The notes beneath the pieces were generated by a model, which saw only the letters and a program-made list of their open reading frames with translations, made no database searches and was not told the DNA's origin. Shown one piece after another: positions 59,592-64,000 of a DNA stretch of 64,000 nucleotides. The stretch's first letter is position 1. Each line of letters starts with the position of its first letter. The DNA comes from Trichoplax adhaerens (lineage: Eukaryota > Animalia > Placozoa): positions 5,747,535 through 5,811,534 of the forward strand of contig NW_002060949.1 in NCBI RefSeq assembly GCF_000150275.1, written 5' to 3'. The translations under genes and the position numbers were made by a program.

Positions 59592-62500
59592 ATGGATGCT
59601 CCGCTACTTAAAGAAAGAGAGAGGGCGACATTTAATGTTACTGAGCTGATCCATTTATTGAATGGAAGTGAGGAAGAAACCAAGAGACGCAAAGAATTAG
59701 GTAAAATTAACAATCCCTACCAAATTAAATAGCAGCTTGTTATCAAACTGTTGTGCAAATTGTTTATATCGCTTTTGATTCATCCCTTTACTTGAAAGAG
59801 CTAGTAAGCTATACGTATATTATACGCATACGTATATTTAAATTATCCAATGAGCGAACGCTAATCGATTTGTCTTCAAATAAAATCTCTGCAATTCATG
59901 CATGACTTACGTGTTTAAGTACGGTAAAATATTCTTGTCCTATGCGTATCGAACAAAATGCTGTACGGTTATTGATAAATTCCGAATCCCGATGGAGTAA
60001 TGTACTTGCAAGCTTGGAAAAGGAATCATTGCTATTACTATTACTTTACAAAACATGGTGCATACGATAGCACGTTTTATAATTTAAGTCACTGGGCTCT
60101 AATCTCCGCGTATCTAATGGAAATCTATTAATAATAGCGCTCAATAATTATACAATTTATTCCGTTTAACTGGTTAGCCTGTAAATAAAAGTTAATCTTA
60201 ATCAGATACACACGAATACGAAATCAAAATATTCATAGGTCCTTGTAATTATACGTTGAATTATAACTGCGATATTTTGTATCTTATAGAGTCCATAGTA
60301 TCGGTGCATTTTTATAACTGGTACATTATTATCTCCTTGTCTGTGTACTGAATAGTTATCTAGACTATCATACTTTGGTCAAGAGCTTCCTCGCGTTCGT
60401 TACTGTATCCTAATTAGCTCTAAGATCTCACGTATATCTCATTGATCTCACTGAAAGTCTATCTATCAAATCTCCATAAACATGCAAAACTCCTTATACT
60501 ACAGCTATACTAATATAGATGCATAGACACTAAAAGTTAACAACTTTAACAACTTCTTCGATTACTGTATACGATCTCGTACAAATGTTATTAAAATCAG
60601 CACATCTACACAAGAATATATCAACCTTTATATGTATTGTACAATGTACAGTATGCCATCTACTGTACTATACTGTATATATTATGATAAAGATTAGAGA
60701 GCATCATTGAGGAAAATTTTCGATGATGTGTAAAATGTATATTTACTAAGAGAGTGTATTAGAACTATAAAACCCTTAAAATTACAACATTATAATAATA
60801 AAAATAAGCCTGGATTTATTCACCGTGTCTTAGAATCTTGGTTGTATAATAATCCTGTATTCCGTCAAGATGACCGATATCAAATATCAAGAGAAGAAGT
60901 TTATGAACGTGGCTTGCAAAAAACGCGAGAGCTAGTCAATTTATGCAGACGGAAAAATATTAAGTTCGATAGCCTCGATTTTGCTCGTTTAAACATGTGA
61001 GTACAGTATTACCTTAAATTAACCATACTGTAGGGTTACAGCTGTATAATTGTTAATATATCTTGCCAATGCGTAAAAATCAATCCACACTCAAACAATT
61101 GAACTTTTGTGCCTTTTCTGTTATCCTGCCTAGCTCTACTCTTGAAGAGTTGCCTTTCTTCTTGCATGTAATAATGTTCATACCAACGATCAGGGTATAA
61201 ACATTTTTTAAAAGTACCTTATTTTTTTCAATCAAAATTTTGTTACTATTTTGAAGTACTTGTTAAGTAACCTTTAAATTAATCACAACACAAATTATCC
61301 ATGTACAATTGTACATGTATACTTCATTTGGATCTTTCAGGGCCAAGGAACAGAAGAACAAAAACGAAAATGGTTACCATTAGCTGAAGACCTAAAAATT
61401 TTGGGAACATACGCACAAACTGAGTTAGGCCATGGTTAGAGCTAAAATTGCACAGATATTCGATTACCTAATGTTTTTAGTATAAACATTTCATACCTGT
61501 AATTTTGCTTTATAGACTATGTGATTGTAGTTTCTATTGACATCCTCACATTTAACTGTAACTAACCAACTGTAATCATTAGGTACCTTTCTTCGCGGCT
61601 TGGAAACTAAAGCTACGTATGATGTATCTAGCCGAGAATTTATTGTAAACTCGCCTACAATAACTTCCATGAAATGGTGGCCAGGAGGATGTACGTGTAT
61701 AATGATGACCTCTAAATAGCGCATTTACGGTATAATGCGAGACATGATAACAATTATAATAGTATTTTACTATAATGACTGGAGAAATCTTGTTAAGTAG
61801 TACAATAAGACTAAAATCCACTGTCTTCAGATTGCTTTATATTTATTTATTATGTCATATATGTCTTTTTATTTTTATAGTGGGTAAAACTTGTAATTAT
61901 GCAGTAATTGCTGCTCAGTTATACACTAAGGGCAAATGTTATGGAATACATATGTTCATCGTGCAATTACGAAGTTTAGAAGATCATAAACCTTTACCTG
62001 GTGTGACTATCGGTGACATTGGAAATAAGTATGGTTTCCATACAGTAGATAACGGCTTTCTTCGCCTAGATAATGTACGGATACCTTATGAGAATATGCT
62101 AATGAGATACGCCAAGGCATGTATCACAATATTTTAAAGGCTCTATTGTATCATAATTCTTAAGTCAAAGTATATGCGTGTTCGTTAGCTGATTGTTAAT
62201 CCATAATTGTATGGCCTTACTTTACAATTGCTGAAATTATAATGTGAAATCTATCGTAATGATTAAAGTTCTATTGCATCATTATACGCTAGGTAACTCC
62301 TCAAGGTGATTACATTCCTCCGGTAAATCCAAAAATTAATTATGGGACAATGACGTCAATCCGCGTTGATCTTGTAAAAGATGCATCCGTCATACTTGCA
62401 GCAGCTAGTACTATAGCTATTCGATACAGTGCTGTCAGGCATCAAACAGAAATCAGACCTGGGTAAAACTATAATAACTAATGTACACACAATACAACAG

Positions 62501-64000
62501 CACTGAAAATTTTAAGAAAACAGTTGTACTTCAATTAACAGTAAAGAATAATTATATAATTGGCATATAACAATCTGTGTAATGTATTTCGCCTTCGACA
62601 ATTATCGTAAAATTATCGCTAACGCATCGAATCAATTTTTCATAAATAGAGAAGAGCCTCCAGTTCTAGATTATATAACACAGCAATTTAAGCTCTTCCC
62701 TCAAATTGCCACTGCCATTGCTTTTCATTTTGCCGGAGATTATATGCATCGAATATATGATAAAGTTCAATCTGAAATTTTTGATGGGCATCTCAGCGCC
62801 ATAACGGAGGTATGCTAGACATGTAGATATTGTCAAACTAAAACTTCACTAATTTATGATATTTAGTGATATTGTACCCTTGTGCTTTATTATCAGGATT
62901 ATATATCGAACTTATTATACTAATTAATTAATTTATCCTAACTTATTTTGTAGTTGCATGGGATTAGCGCTGGTCTTAAGGCCTTTACAACCGATACTTC
63001 GATAGCAGGTGTTGAGATTTGTCGGCGTGCCTGTGGCGGTCATGGTTACTCCAATGCATCGGGCTTTCAACGCTTCTATGAAAATTGGCTAGGATCCGCA
63101 ACGTACGAAGGTGAAAATACAGTCATGTATTTACAAGCTGCGAGGTGATTCTGACTCACGTGATAAAATATTATATTTAAATTAAGCAAATCTAGTGTCA
63201 AACTTGACGTAGCAATAATATTCACTTAAGATCAATTATATGTGTATTTTAATTTGCGCATAGATACTTATTTAAATGCTATGATAACCCAAAAGAAGCC
63301 CCTGAAACAATGAGCTACCTTCGATACCCACAAAATAAGATGGAATGGAACGTAAAATCAGCCGATGATGTTTCCAATTATGCGACACTGATAACTGCTT
63401 TTGAACAGAGAGCTCTAAGGTAACTCTTTAAAATATAGTCTATACCTGTACAAATCCGATAGTTTAGCGATGAGGTACTATATATGTGTAAGTTGCCGGC
63501 AATTTTACGAAACCAGTTATTTCATAAAGTGTCTTTGCAAGATAAAGGTTAATTAATTAATTTATTACTAATATGATAGTGAAAACTAATAAACAAAAGC
63601 AATGATTTTAATATCTAATTAAGGTTTCAATTGTTCGATATACATTTATACTTCAGCAAAATTAGTAGTACTGCAAAAAAATTAAAAAATCTAACGCACT
63701 ATGGGATGAATCGGAATGATGCCTGGAATGCAGCTAGCGTGGACATTCTACACAGTATTAAGGTTTGATATAGTCATATAACTTTAGCTTCTGATATTGC
63801 TATTAACTCACCGGATATCATAATAAATCAAGAGAGCTAGATTTTACTGATAATTTTGTAAATATTTTAACCTCGTAATTGTTATTATGTGTTCGTGCAT
63901 TGTTTATTACACGGTATAATACAGTACGTTATCGATACACTGCAATGATTGCAGATATATTTAAGTGATTGCCCATTTTAATATTATTAGTTATTGTTTA
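59592..64000 (+). CDS. ACOX1: Peroxisomal acyl-CoA oxidase, divergent copy D (3' end beyond the window)
   Basis: [74 protein letters not shown]; last exon seen at ~63657-63762. Confidence 0.9.

Overview
AT-rich, gene-dense eukaryotic (animal) DNA with many short GT-AG introns; composition and gene style resemble a placozoan (Trichoplax-like) genome (inference). Genes reconstructed by hand, in order: 3' part of an ASAP-type ArfGAP (+), a Tribbles pseudokinase (-), ~6 kb gene-poor region, ECHDC3 (-), a signal-peptide JmjC 2OG-oxygenase (+), a tandem array of three peroxisomal acyl-CoA oxidases (ACOX-A/B/C, -) interleaved with one intact 13-exon KICS2/C12orf66 gene (+; almost invisible in the ORF track) and two decayed KICS2 copies, a decayed Helitron Pif1-helicase fragment, an intronless orphan multi-pass membrane protein (+), sepiapterin reductase-like SDR (-), POLE2 (+) and a fourth, divergent ACOX (+, runs off the window). 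Best leads: (1) the ACOX array is homogenised (near-identical exons and introns) except for tight patches of amino-acid change in putative substrate-pocket segments; (2) a U12-type minor intron in KICS2; (3) a ~40-bp palindromic mobile mini-element seen as filled versus empty sites in paralogous introns; (4) the Helitron relic at a rearrangement junction; (5) an uncharacterised secretory-pathway thioredoxin-like/JmjC enzyme.
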